Positions 1-9,693 of a stretch of 64,000 nucleotides of DNA are shown piece by piece. The notes below the pieces were generated by a model. It had not been told where the DNA came from and did not search any database. It saw nothing but the letters and a program-made list of their open reading frames with translations. Made by a program: the position numbers and the translations under genes. Positions within the stretch are counted from its first letter, which is position 1. Every line of letters starts with the position of its first letter. This DNA comes from an uncultured Gammaproteobacteria bacterium (GTDB lineage: Bacteria > Pseudomonadota > Gammaproteobacteria > Pseudomonadales > Pseudohongiellaceae). The stretch is from positions 14,629 to 78,628 of the forward strand of contig CAINTJ010000001.1 of the NCBI GenBank assembly GCA_903853385.1. The letters are read 5' to 3'.

Positions 1-1
1 G

Positions 2-166
2 CATTTTTTCCGGTCAGTGCATTTTGCGCGCTTCGGTGAAACGGCTTTGACGCGTTGGCTGTGGATCTTGGCCAGTTTTCTGCCGACACTGATCCTGGTC
101 AGTGGCGTAGTCGTATGGTGGAAGCGGGTAGTGCTGAAACGAGTGAAGCGTACAAGCCCTGGTTAG
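2..166 (+). CDS. C-terminal end of a PepSY-associated TM-helix type membrane protein (5' end outside the window)
   Basis: Frame 2 is open from the window edge to TAG at 164-166. The translation ...HFARFGETALTRWLWILASFLPTLILVSGVVVWWKRVVLKR resembles the last TM helix and WW-K/R tail of PepSY_TM proteins. Confidence 0.45.
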   Translation, partial: HFFRSVHFARFGETALTRWLWILASFLPTLILVSGVVVWWKRVVLKRVKRTSPG

Positions 167-193
167 CAGGATGATCAGCTTTTCGGGTGAGCC

Positions 194-1780
194 ATGAAAT
201 ATTCATTTCCGTCCCTGCCTCGGCTGCTGCCGGCGGTACTGCTGCTGTGGATTAGCACAAGCAGTGCACAGCAATCAGGAGTTGCATCTGGGGCCAGGTG
301 CCAGGCCGAAGCACTGTTGCCGCTCACGGGTGCCAGTTTGCAAGTGGAGTCTGTGATTGCCGTGGATGCTGCACATTGGCCGGCGGAGCTGCCATCACCT
401 GACAATGATAACAATCCGGCACCGCTGGTTTTTTGCCGGGTAAAGGCGGTAGCGTCTGCTGGTGAAGATTCAGAGATCCACATGGAAGTGTGGTTGCCGC
501 TGCTGGCCGCCTGGAACGGAAAACTGGTGGGTACCGGGAATGGTGGCTTCAATCCGGCCCTGAGTTACAACGATATGATATTCGCACTGCAGCGTGGTTA
601 TGCGGTGGTGGGTGGTGATACCGGCCACCATGGCCAGAACGCTGGCGATGTACGCTTCGGTCGCGGCCATCCCGAGAAAATACGTGATTGGGCCGAGCGC
701 TCCATCCACATAATCACAGTGGCTGCCAAACAGATCCTTGTCGCACTCGCACAACAGGCACCCACGCGCTCCTATTATTACGGCTGCAGCACTGGTGGCC
801 ATCAGGCCATGGCCGAGGTGCAGCGCTACCCTGACGATTATGACGGCTTGATTGCCGGGGATCCTGCCAACAACCGCATCCGCTGGAATGCACAATCCTT
901 GTGGCTGTATCGGACCAATCACTCGCCGCTCGATGACAAGCCATTGGTAACTGCCCAACAGCAGTCTTTGGTGCGTGAGCGGGTGCAGGAAAAATGTGAT
1001 GCGCTGGATGGTCGCAGTGACGGCGTGATTGAAGATCCGCGCCGATGCACGCAGGCGCTTATCGATTTTCATGGACTGGCCTGCAAGGATGGCCCCTCCG
1101 ACCAATGTTTGTCGATTCCGCAAATTTCTGCACTGGAAAACATGTATCAGGGCTTGCGTGATCCGGAGAGCGGCCAGCAAATCTATCCGGGTTTACAGCC
1201 GGGCTCGGAAGGTGGCTGGGGCAATTGGCTCGGCACTAATCCGCCACGTGGCGATTTCTGGCGCTACTGGGTGGACGACAGCGATGATTTCGATGTGTGG
1301 AAATTCGATTTTGTTGAGGAAATCCGCAGGGCTGACCAACTGCTGGGCGCGGTGGTGGACTCGGTCAATCCTGATCTTTCTGCTTTTCACAACCATGGCG
1401 GCAAGCTCATTGTTTACCATGGCTGGAGTGATGCGACTGTGAGTCCAGTTGATTCGATCAACTATTTTGAAAAAGTCAGGAAGCAGATGGGCGCGCAGAC
1501 AGTAGATGATTTCTACCGCTTGTTTTTGGTGCCCGGCATGGGGCATTGCGGAGGAGGTAATGGCGCCACTGTCTTTGGTAATGCCTCCAATCAGGCGCCG
1601 CAACCGGATGCGGATAATGACTTGTTGTATGCGCTGGATCGCTGGGTGGAAACCCGGCAGGCCCCCATGCAACTTCATAGTGTCGAGATCAGCGATGGCG
1701 CGGTGTCGTCGACACGGTTGCTATGCTCGTGGCCGCAGCAAGGTGGTCCTGGCCGCGAGAATTGTCAGGAACCCCACTGA
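194..1780 (+). CDS. tannase/feruloyl esterase family alpha/beta hydrolase (secreted)
   Basis: 528-aa ORF with an ATG start and an N-terminal signal peptide. It carries the GCSTGGHQ nucleophile motif and the DYDGLIAGDPA segment typical of the tannase/feruloyl esterase family. Confidence 0.85.
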   Translation: MKYSFPSLPRLLPAVLLLWISTSSAQQSGVASGARCQAEALLPLTGASLQVESVIAVDAAHWPAELPSPDNDNNPAPLVFCRVKAVASAGEDSEIHMEVWLPLLAAWNGKLVGTGNGGFNPALSYNDMIFALQRGYAVVGGDTGHHGQNAGDVRFGRGHPEKIRDWAERSIHIITVAAKQILVALAQQAPTRSYYYGCSTGGHQAMAEVQRYPDDYDGLIAGDPANNRIRWNAQSLWLYRTNHSPLDDKPLVTAQQQSLVRERVQEKCDALDGRSDGVIEDPRRCTQALIDFHGLACKDGPSDQCLSIPQISALENMYQGLRDPESGQQIYPGLQPGSEGGWGNWLGTNPPRGDFWRYWVDDSDDFDVWKFDFVEEIRRADQLLGAVVDSVNPDLSAFHNHGGKLIVYHGWSDATVSPVDSINYFEKVRKQMGAQTVDDFYRLFLVPGMGHCGGGNGATVFGNASNQAPQPDADNDLLYALDRWVETRQAPMQLHSVEISDGAVSSTRLLCSWPQQGGPGRENCQEPH

Positions 1781-1917
1781 ATAAGGCCGGCTTGATCCCA
1801 ACGTGAATTTTCCTACCAAACCCTATTCGTTCAATGCCTTGGCCAACCGTATCAGGCAAACGCTCGATAAAGGCAAATCAGACGCTGCCGTCAGCCGGAT
1901 AATCCAGGAATCCTGAC

Positions 1918-2265
1918 ATGCTTACTCTTTATGGCATTCCCAATTGCGACACTGTCAAAAAGGCGAGAGCCTGGCTTGAGCAGCATGGCATCGACTATCA
2001 CTTCCATGATTACAAAAAAGCCGGAATAGACGCGGTAACGCTGGGGCGTTGGTGTGATGAATTCGGCTTTGAACAGGTGCTTAATCAGCGCGGCACCACC
2101 TGGCGCAAGCTGGATGAATCCGCCCGCAGCAATTTGAATCAAAGCCTGGCTGTCAAGCTGATGCAGGCTCAGCCGTCTGTCATCAGGCGGCCGGTCATTG
2201 ATAGCGGCTCTGCCCTGCTGCTCGGCTTCAATGCGGCAAGCTATCAGGGCTTACTGTCAAAGTAG
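1918..2265 (+). CDS. ArsC/Spx family protein (YffB-like)
   Basis: 115 aa. The N-terminus MLTLYGIPNCDTVKKARAWLEQHGIDYHFHDYKK is the characteristic ArsC-family fold signature. An AGGAA SD lies upstream. Confidence 0.85.
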   Translation: MLTLYGIPNCDTVKKARAWLEQHGIDYHFHDYKKAGIDAVTLGRWCDEFGFEQVLNQRGTTWRKLDESARSNLNQSLAVKLMQAQPSVIRRPVIDSGSALLLGFNAASYQGLLSK

Positions 2266-2307
2266 CTGGGAGCGGGCGCTGTGGGAGTGCGTGGGTAGTG
2301 CCGGCGC

Positions 2308-3222
2308 TCAGTCCGGCACGTAGGCCATTTCCATGCTGCGGTAAATGCCGTCCAGAAAAACCGACGGGTCACCATAGCGGCTTTCAAAGCCTTTGAGTGG
2401 ATTGGTGGCCACGATGTCGTTGAAGCCCATGCCTTTGTTCATGAGGGCATTGAGATCCACAAACAACTTTTCGTACATTTCGCGCTGGGTCACGATATCG
2501 GCACCGGACATCGGACGTCCGGTTGCCGGGATCACCATAGTGTCAGCCTGCACCAGCGCCGCCAGTTTTTCGTGCGCGCGCACGACGCCGCCAATGAAAG
2601 CGCCGTTGCGGAAATCCACCAGCGGCCAGCTATCCGAGCCCACAGCGCCGCCAGCTACCAGCAGGTTCAAATCGCGGAAATATACATAAAGATCGCCGTT
2701 GGTATGGGCGGCGGGTAAATAACCGTATTCAATTTTGTGGCCGTCAAACTCTAGGCTGCCTTCTGTTTTGAAAGTCTTGCTGGGGCGTTCTTTTTCCGGG
2801 ACAGGACCAAAGCTGCCTTTCACCAGAGGCGAACTGACTTTGTGCTTGAGAAACATCAGCGTCTGTTCGTGGGCAATGATGGTGGCGCCATCACGACTGG
2901 CATGTTGATTCAAGCCGAGCTGCTCAGGATGCCAGTGGGTATTGAAGAGGGTGTTGATGCGTTTGCTTCCTGTAGCCTGCTGGATAGCCTTGTACAGTGC
3001 CTCACTGTGTTCGGGCAGTCCCCCATCAATCACCAGAGCTCCGTCTTTGCCTGTCATTGCTACCACATTGCTGCCGGCACTTTGGAACAGATAAACACCA
3101 GGTTTCAATTCGCTAACCTTGATGTCATCAGCAGTGGCCGCTTGCAGAAGATTAGCCAACAGTCCGGCACCGAGAGTGGCCATAAAAACAGCAGAAACCT
3201 GCAGCAACTTGCGACGAATCAC
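2308..3222 (-). CDS. secreted MBL-fold metallo-hydrolase with an atypical metal motif
   Basis: 304 aa with a GTG start and the signal peptide MIRRKLLQVSAVFMATLGAGLLANLLQAA. It has HWHPEQ in place of HxHxDH, and later an AHTNGD motif. It is the last gene of a same-strand four-gene set. Confidence 0.7.
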   Translation of the reverse strand: MIRRKLLQVSAVFMATLGAGLLANLLQAATADDIKVSELKPGVYLFQSAGSNVVAMTGKDGALVIDGGLPEHSEALYKAIQQATGSKRINTLFNTHWHPEQLGLNQHASRDGATIIAHEQTLMFLKHKVSSPLVKGSFGPVPEKERPSKTFKTEGSLEFDGHKIEYGYLPAAHTNGDLYVYFRDLNLLVAGGAVGSDSWPLVDFRNGAFIGGVVRAHEKLAALVQADTMVIPATGRPMSGADIVTQREMYEKLFVDLNALMNKGMGFNDIVATNPLKGFESRYGDPSVFLDGIYRSMEMAYVPD

Positions 3223-3291
3223 GTTCTTGTATCTCCAAAAATTACGACTGCTGGAATTATGGACGGAACTTTGCCGGAACCCAGGCAGCTA

Positions 3292-4800
3292 CTACAGCGG
3301 CCAGATGGTGGCCTCGTAGCCGATGGGCGGGCCTACCGGTGGCCAGAACGGTTCTTTCTCCAGCTCTACGGTGGCGCCGGCCTTGCGCAATTGCTCAGCA
3401 ATATCCTTGCGGGCCGGTTGGCGCATTTGCAGAAACGGAATGTAGCCGCGCGCCATTGCATAATCTAGCGCTGTGAGTCCATCCGGGTCCTTGAGGTTGA
3501 GATCAATGCCAAAGCTCACCAGTTTGTCGATTGCGCGTTTCCAGCCGGCGCGAACAGCATAATGCAAAGCTGTGCCCCCACGTGTGCGTTGCAGGTGGTG
3601 ATAGAGCGCGTTGGAATTGGGTTCCATGCCGGCTTTTTTCAGCTCATCCATGATCAACAGGGCTGTTTGCTCGTTGCGGCTCTGCATGGCCAGCATCAGC
3701 GCGGATTCATTGTCGGCATCATTCAGGTTCACATCAGCACCATGGGCAATCAGTTGTTTGACGGTTTCAATGTCACCACTGCCGACGGCGTTATGCAGCG
3801 GAGTAGTTCCGCGTGAAGTCCCGCCACCCCGTTGTTTGGCGGGACGCATGAACAGTTGCATGTTCACGTTGGCGCCATGTTCAATCAGTATTTTCAGGAT
3901 GTCGCTGCCATTTTGCGCGTTCAGTTTGTCGCTGGTTGAGCCGCCACCGCCGCCGCGTCCGAAACCGCCGCCCCCGCCGCCACTACCAGAGCGACCGGCC
4001 ACTGCAAACAGCGGAGCCTGGCCGTACATGTCCCATTGGTCAACATCGGCACCTGCGTCCAGCAACAGTTTGGAGATATCCCAGTTGGTATTGAGGATGG
4101 AAAGCAGCAGCGGCGATACGCCGTCAGGATCGGGCAGGTTCACGTCAGCTTTTTTATCAAGCAGCAATTTGACGCAGGCCACGCAGTTTTCGCGGATCGC
4201 GTACAGCAGCGGCGTCAGCCCGCCTGAATCCAGATTCTTGGCGCGGCTTTCCGCAGTGAGGTGGCGTTGATAATCGCGCCATTTCGAGCGGGCATTCACA
4301 TCAGCACCTTTTTCGATAAGGAACTGCATCATCTCGGGATGGCGGCGGGCAGTGGCCCACATCAGCGCGGTCTGTTCGCCAAACTGTTCACGTGCATCAA
4401 GGGTGGCTTTGTGTTTCACCAGCAATTTGGCGGCTTCCACATTGCCGGTACGTGCGACCAGCATCAAGGCGGTTTGTCCTTCAGGATTGGGGGAGTCGGC
4501 GTTGGCGCCAGCATCCAGCAGTAATTTCAGCATGTTGGGGTCAGCCACTTCGGCAGCCAACTGCATCGCATTGGCACCGTAATTGTTGACGGCAGCGACA
4601 TCAGCCCCCTGTGTAAGCAGCAGTTTCACTTTGACGAGGTCACCTTTATATACCGCCCATTGCAGCGCGGTACTGCCATCGGGGCCGCGCCAGCTGGCGC
4701 CGGCATCGGCAGGTACTTCGATCGCCAGCACGGCAGGGCTTGTGCAGAGGATCAGTACACCCAGGGTTGTTGCCTTCAGCAAATTGCCAACAGATTTCAT
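3292..4800 (-). CDS. secreted ankyrin-repeat protein
   Basis: 502 aa with a Sec-type signal peptide. It has many tandem ~33-aa repeats of the G-TALH/LM-A...G...V..LL..GADVN type. A Gly-rich insert GSGGGGGGFGRGGGGGS interrupts the repeats. Its ATG lies 2 nt after the stop of the upstream gene. Confidence 0.9.
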   Translation of the reverse strand: MKSVGNLLKATTLGVLILCTSPAVLAIEVPADAGASWRGPDGSTALQWAVYKGDLVKVKLLLTQGADVAAVNNYGANAMQLAAEVADPNMLKLLLDAGANADSPNPEGQTALMLVARTGNVEAAKLLVKHKATLDAREQFGEQTALMWATARRHPEMMQFLIEKGADVNARSKWRDYQRHLTAESRAKNLDSGGLTPLLYAIRENCVACVKLLLDKKADVNLPDPDGVSPLLLSILNTNWDISKLLLDAGADVDQWDMYGQAPLFAVAGRSGSGGGGGGFGRGGGGGSTSDKLNAQNGSDILKILIEHGANVNMQLFMRPAKQRGGGTSRGTTPLHNAVGSGDIETVKQLIAHGADVNLNDADNESALMLAMQSRNEQTALLIMDELKKAGMEPNSNALYHHLQRTRGGTALHYAVRAGWKRAIDKLVSFGIDLNLKDPDGLTALDYAMARGYIPFLQMRQPARKDIAEQLRKAGATVELEKEPFWPPVGPPIGYEATIWPL

Positions 4801-4802
4801 GC

Positions 4803-6083
4803 TTACACTTCCGAGAAGGGGCCGGGGCTGTCGGCAAAGCTGTCTACGTGAACGCCGGCGCGATCCAGCATCGTGTGCAGCAGCTGCGCGTGCGGTGTGT
4901 CTTGCGGATAATGCAAATGCTGGCCACCTTTAATGCCGCCGCCTTTGCCGATCAGCACTGAAGGCAGTGGATCATTGTTGTGACGGTCACTGTTGCTCAT
5001 GTTGCTGCCGAACAGAATGATGGAGTTGTCGAGGATCGAGCCTTCACCATCGGGGATGCTCTTCAGGCGCTCGGCAAATTTCGCCATGCGCGAAGTGTGG
5101 TAAGCCTGCACCAATATCAGTTTCTCGAATTTCTCCGGCAGGTTCTGGTGATGTGACAGTGGATGGAAAGCTTCATCCACTCCGATGTTGGCATACACAC
5201 GCATACTGGCTTCCTTCACCATGCGCATGGTGGCGATGCGGGTTTGGTTGGTCTGGAACGCCAGCGCCATCATTTCAAACTGGATATCCAGCAATGCGGT
5301 GAAATCGTCTGGCGGCCCCAGCGGCGAATCCGGCAGGTTGTGCAGTTCACGGGCACCGGCTTCCAGTTTCTGGATGCGGGTTTCAACTTCCCGAATGGAA
5401 TCGAGGTAATTGCTGACCAGTACGCGGTCTGCCGCATCAAGTTTCTTGTTGAGAGTATTGGTGGCTTCTTTTGCATAGTCCAGCAAGCTGGTGGATTGCT
5501 GCAGGATGCCAATACGCTCGTCATAGTTGTCACCCTGTCCGAACATTGTGTAGAACACTTTGCGGGGATTGCCTTCCAGTGGCAGCGGTTGCTGTGGTGT
5601 GCGATAGGAAATCGCCCCCCCGGGTTCGCCGCACAGTTCCAGCGAGGGCAGTGTGGTGGTTTTGCCGATCACTCGGGCGGCCAACTGGTCGGCGGTTACA
5701 CCGCGGGTGCCTTTGGCGTCCCGGTCTTTGCTGTCAGGCGCCACGCATGACAGCCAGGTTTCTTCGATGATGCCATGCGGGTTGGAACTTTCGCCGCCCT
5801 TGTTGCGCAGTCCGCTGACTACGGTGACATAGTCGTTCAGTGATTGCAGTGGTTTCAGAATGCGCGAGTATTCGAAATTCCTGCCGGTCTGCTTGGGTAC
5901 CCAATCCTGCATCACGGCACCATGGGGAAAGTAGACGTAGACTAGGCGCGGGCTGGCGACAGCGGCGGTATTGGCCAGCGCAGTGGCGGCCGGAATCATT
6001 GCATCCAGCAAGGGGAGAGCAATAGATACACCAGCGCCTTTCAGGACAGTTCTTCTGGAAAGATGTTTTTTGCTGATAAACAT
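4803..6083 (-). CDS. DUF1552 domain protein with a twin-arginine signal
   Basis: 426 aa. The N-terminus MFISKKHLSRRTVLKGAGVSIALPLLDAM is the typical DUF1552 Tat-like leader. It is paired with a DUF1592-type gene immediately upstream. Confidence 0.8.
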   Translation of the reverse strand: MFISKKHLSRRTVLKGAGVSIALPLLDAMIPAATALANTAAVASPRLVYVYFPHGAVMQDWVPKQTGRNFEYSRILKPLQSLNDYVTVVSGLRNKGGESSNPHGIIEETWLSCVAPDSKDRDAKGTRGVTADQLAARVIGKTTTLPSLELCGEPGGAISYRTPQQPLPLEGNPRKVFYTMFGQGDNYDERIGILQQSTSLLDYAKEATNTLNKKLDAADRVLVSNYLDSIREVETRIQKLEAGARELHNLPDSPLGPPDDFTALLDIQFEMMALAFQTNQTRIATMRMVKEASMRVYANIGVDEAFHPLSHHQNLPEKFEKLILVQAYHTSRMAKFAERLKSIPDGEGSILDNSIILFGSNMSNSDRHNNDPLPSVLIGKGGGIKGGQHLHYPQDTPHAQLLHTMLDRAGVHVDSFADSPGPFSEV

Positions 6084-6121
6084 GATTGTCGTCCTGGTTA
6101 CCTTTGATTGATTGGATGGCT

Positions 6122-8560
6122 TTACAAAGCGGCTTGTTTTTGTGTGGCTTCTTTGCCGAGGTCGGAAATATTACTTTCTCTCATCTGGAATGCAGCGCTG
6201 GTCACGATGTTGTAAACAATGCTTTCAAAACGATTACCTTCCTTGCCAGCAGCCCCGGCAATTTTGCGTACCGCCGGCATGTCCTTGTAATTGATCTCGC
6301 GACCCAGCGCATAAGTCATCAGGTTCTGGGTCAGGGATTGCACGAACATGTCGGAGCGGGCCATCAGCGCCTGTACCAGGTCGCCGGGGCCATTAATGGC
6401 CTTGCCATCGGGCAGCACTCCCGAGGAGTCGATTGCAGTCTGTGTTTCCGGATCATGTGTGCGGAACTGACCCACGGTGTTAAAGTTTTCCAGCGCCAGC
6501 CCCAGCGGATCCATGACGCCATGGCAGGCACCGCAAGTTGGATTGGCGCGATGTTTGGCCAATCGTTCCCTTACCGTAGCGGCTGGTTTGCCTGCGGCGT
6601 TTTCAGGCAGTGCTTCCACGTTGGGTGGTGGTGCTGCCGGCGGGGTGGCCAACAGTTTGTCGAGGATCCAGGCGCCGCGCAGTACCGGTGAAGTACGGTT
6701 GGGATTGGCGGTCAGCATCAGGATGGCGCCTTTGCCCAGCAGGCCATTGCGTTTGTTGTCAGTCAGTTGCACTTTGCGGAAGTTGCTGCCTTTGATGTTT
6801 TCCATCCCGTACTGCATGGCCAGGCGTTCATTGAGAAAGGTGTAGTCAGCATCCAGCAGTTTGGTGACCGGCTGCTCACTGCGCAGCACGCTGTCGATAA
6901 AAAGGTTCAGCTCTTCTTTGAACATCGGGCGGGGATCGAGCCTGCCACTGGCATAACGGAACAGGCCTTGATTGGGTCTGATTTCATCGAGCTTCGCCAG
7001 GTTCAGCCACTGGGCAGTGAAATCTTTCACCAGCGATTTGGAGCGTGGATCGGCCAGCATGCGTGCTACCTGCTTTCTCACAACTGCCGGCTCATGCAGT
7101 TGGCCCTTGCTCGCCAGCGTCAATAATTCTTCATCGGGCACACTGCTCCAGATGAAAAATGACAATCTGGACGCCAGTTCAAAGTCACCCAAAGCCAGCG
7201 CTTCTTTGCCTTGTGCTCCAGGTTCAGCCCGATAAATAAAATGTGGACTGACCAGGATGGCACTTAACGCATCGCGGACACTCGCCTCAAAATCCTGACC
7301 CTTCCTGCTTTTGTCGTAAAACGCCAACAGTTCATTGGTGTCTTGCTCGGTAAGAGGGCGCCGGAATGCACGTTCTCCCATATGGACGATGATGTTTTTG
7401 GCACAGGCAGTTTCTTCGGCGGTTTCACGCGGGTAGCAAACAAAGATGCGTTTGCGGCTTTCGGATTCACTCAAGCCGGTCACAGTCAGCGGTCCGCGCA
7501 GTTGCAGGGCATGAATCGCCGGCACACGGGCCTGGCCACCTTCCAGCGCCGCCACCGGCGAACGTTCGTCACTTTCCGCCATGGTGCGTTGCACGAAAGT
7601 GACGCTCACCGTGTGCTGGCCAGCGCTGGCATGAAAGCGGATGCTTTTCAGGCGCGAGTTGATCTGGGCCACGGCGTCGTCAAGGATCTGGTCTATCCAT
7701 TTGTGGTCTTGTTCACCGCCAATAACCGTGCGGTAGAACTCCTTGCCATCGAGCAGTGCCACCAGCGTATGTTCGAACTCCAGGTTGGGCACTTCGCGCG
7801 CCAGCGCCAGGTCACCGATCGAGAGTTCATACTCGCCATCAGCCAGAAAATTGTGTTCAACGGTCACACCACCACGGGTACCGAACGGCATGCCTTCCTT
7901 GTGACGCTGTTGGGTGCCGGTACCATCAATGCCACGCGGAGGTAGCGAAATGATCATGTCAGCCACGTTGCCGTAGGTTTCCATGATGGGTATCGGGCGC
8001 CGGTCACCAATCGCATCGTGGGCGATGCTGCGGGCAGCGTTGAGATACTGGTCAACGAAAGCTGGAGACACTTGCAGGGCTTCGGCATTGTTGTCGTAAC
8101 CGTTCTTCAGGTTGTCAGTGGGCAAGTACTTCTCGACATTGATATTGAGCCCCAGCAAATCACGAATGGCGTTGGCATATTCACGACGATTAAGCCGGTG
8201 CAATGGCACTCTGCCGGCGGGAATCTGGGTGGTGGCGCTGTCGATTTTGGTTTCCAGCCATTTCGCCAGCGAAGCAACCTCGGCATTGGCTGGGCGGTCG
8301 TTGCCTGGTGGTGGCATCAGCCCGCCGCGCAATTTGCGGATGGCGGCCTCAAAAGTTTTAGCTTCGGGCACGATTTTGTCGGGAGACAGCGCATCAAAAG
8401 CTACACTGCCGGCCCAGTCTTCGGTGTTATGACATTTGAAGCAATAAGTCTCCACTGTATGCCACTGGGATTGGTCCTGATCGGCAGCCCATGCAACGGG
8501 CGCAGTCAACAAGCTGCCCATTACGAAAACCATGGCTGAATGCAAGCTGTGGCTGGCCAT
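6122..8560 (-). CDS. DUF1592/DUF1588/DUF1587/DUF1585/DUF1595-type protein with two CXXCH motifs
   Basis: Long ORF. The start is chosen at M42 (8560), which has a GGGGA SD and the signal peptide MASHSLHSAMVFVMGSLLTAPVAWA. CFKCH lies near the N-terminus and CGACH near the C-terminus. The architecture matches the PSCyt/PSD family that partners DUF1552. Confidence 0.8.
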   Translation of the reverse strand: MASHSLHSAMVFVMGSLLTAPVAWAADQDQSQWHTVETYCFKCHNTEDWAGSVAFDALSPDKIVPEAKTFEAAIRKLRGGLMPPPGNDRPANAEVASLAKWLETKIDSATTQIPAGRVPLHRLNRREYANAIRDLLGLNINVEKYLPTDNLKNGYDNNAEALQVSPAFVDQYLNAARSIAHDAIGDRRPIPIMETYGNVADMIISLPPRGIDGTGTQQRHKEGMPFGTRGGVTVEHNFLADGEYELSIGDLALAREVPNLEFEHTLVALLDGKEFYRTVIGGEQDHKWIDQILDDAVAQINSRLKSIRFHASAGQHTVSVTFVQRTMAESDERSPVAALEGGQARVPAIHALQLRGPLTVTGLSESESRKRIFVCYPRETAEETACAKNIIVHMGERAFRRPLTEQDTNELLAFYDKSRKGQDFEASVRDALSAILVSPHFIYRAEPGAQGKEALALGDFELASRLSFFIWSSVPDEELLTLASKGQLHEPAVVRKQVARMLADPRSKSLVKDFTAQWLNLAKLDEIRPNQGLFRYASGRLDPRPMFKEELNLFIDSVLRSEQPVTKLLDADYTFLNERLAMQYGMENIKGSNFRKVQLTDNKRNGLLGKGAILMLTANPNRTSPVLRGAWILDKLLATPPAAPPPNVEALPENAAGKPAATVRERLAKHRANPTCGACHGVMDPLGLALENFNTVGQFRTHDPETQTAIDSSGVLPDGKAINGPGDLVQALMARSDMFVQSLTQNLMTYALGREINYKDMPAVRKIAGAAGKEGNRFESIVYNIVTSAAFQMRESNISDLGKEATQKQAAL

Positions 8561-8789
8561 TGTGTTCCCCTGGTTATAATTTGTGACGTCGGCGCCGAGT
8601 ATAAACCGAGTTGCACTTACATCGAATGACTTGGCAAGTGAAAGTTCCAAGAAATCAAGCGTGCAGCTATTTGCGTTCGCCACGCCTGCTCTATACTGGC
8701 CACCGCAATGCCACTGGGCAGTCCGTTGGATACTTGCGGCGCCGTGTGCACACTTAATTCACAATTTATCCATTTCCAGAGGAAAAGAC

Positions 8790-9281
8790 ATGTATCGCCC
8801 AATCACTGCATTACTTGCACTGGCTGTTTCACTGTCCACCCAGGCAGCCCCTGAATATGCCACCATCAAAATGGAAATCGATGTTGCCAAGCCAGCCGCT
8901 GAAGTGTGGGCCAAAGTGGGAGCGTACTGCGATATCGCCAAGTGGGCCCCGCAACTGGATTGCGAGATTGTTTCCGGCAATGGTGGCATCGGCACGGTCA
9001 GGTCTCTGGCCAAAGGCCGTATCAAGGAAATCCTGGTGGGGAAAACCGATTTGTCCTATGGCTATGCCCAGCCGGTGGTTGAGGGCAAGTTCTACGATCA
9101 GTACCACGGTTTCATGGAAGCCAAGCCGGTCAGCAGTACCAGCTCCAAAATTCTCTACACCCTGATGGTGGATGAATCAGACAAAGCCGACCAGGCTGCC
9201 AAGGACGCCGATGTCGCGCGCCGTCGCACCCAGTTTGAAGGACTGCTCAAGGTCATGAAACAAATGGCTGAAGCCAAATAA
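8790..9281 (+). CDS. secreted SRPBCC (polyketide cyclase/START-like) family protein
   Basis: In-frame ATG at 8790 with a GGAAAAG SD, followed by the signal peptide MYRPITALLALAVSLSTQA. The ~160-aa size and sequence pattern fit the SRPBCC fold. Confidence 0.6.
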   Translation: MYRPITALLALAVSLSTQAAPEYATIKMEIDVAKPAAEVWAKVGAYCDIAKWAPQLDCEIVSGNGGIGTVRSLAKGRIKEILVGKTDLSYGYAQPVVEGKFYDQYHGFMEAKPVSSTSSKILYTLMVDESDKADQAAKDADVARRRTQFEGLLKVMKQMAEAK

Positions 9282-9356
9282 ATCAGTAGTGAGCTCCACT
9301 TTGCAAGGCGGTACACCGCTGGAGCGCTTGGGCAGGGAAGTGCTGGCAAGGCGCTG

Positions 9357-9662
9357 ATGATCGCCGCCTTTGGCGTGCCCCTGCTCAGCCTTCTGGTGCT
9401 GATGAATGCGATTGTCCATGACACAGTGAGCACAATGGTGGTCGAGGTATGTGCGGCTACCCTGCTGTTTACGGTGTTATGGCTGGTGCGCAAATTGCTG
9501 AGCTTCCAGACATTGGCCCGCATCATACTGGCAGTAGATGGCCAACTGGCTGTATTGACCACCATCATGGCTGCACTGCAACAGTCAGGTTTCCAAGTGA
9601 TAAGCGCCAACAAAGGTGATGAAGCTCTCAAAGTTATAGAAAACCCGTCAGTGCATTTTTGA
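9357..9662 (+). CDS. hypothetical small membrane protein ending in a truncated receiver-domain-like segment (possible gene remnant)
   Basis: 101 aa with two hydrophobic helices, then RIILAVDGQLAVLTTIMAALQQSGFQVISANKGDEALKVIEN. This resembles beta1-alpha1-beta2-alpha2 of a response-regulator receiver, but has DG instead of DD and stops after alpha2. Confidence 0.35.
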   Translation: MIAAFGVPLLSLLVLMNAIVHDTVSTMVVEVCAATLLFTVLWLVRKLLSFQTLARIILAVDGQLAVLTTIMAALQQSGFQVISANKGDEALKVIENPSVHF

Positions 9663-9693
9663 ACAAACTCGACCACTAGCTGCGTGCGTGGTG

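Noticed and set aside
3930-3990. GC-rich low-complexity run (gccgccaccgccgcc...) as a DNA repeat element
   Set aside because: It is in frame within the ankyrin ORF and simply encodes the Gly-rich insert GGGGGGFGRGGGGGS.
8561-8683. N-terminal 41-codon extension of the DUF1592-type ORF
   Set aside because: The ATG at 8560 has a GGGGA SD and is followed directly by a signal peptide. The extension has neither, and it would consume the divergent promoter region.
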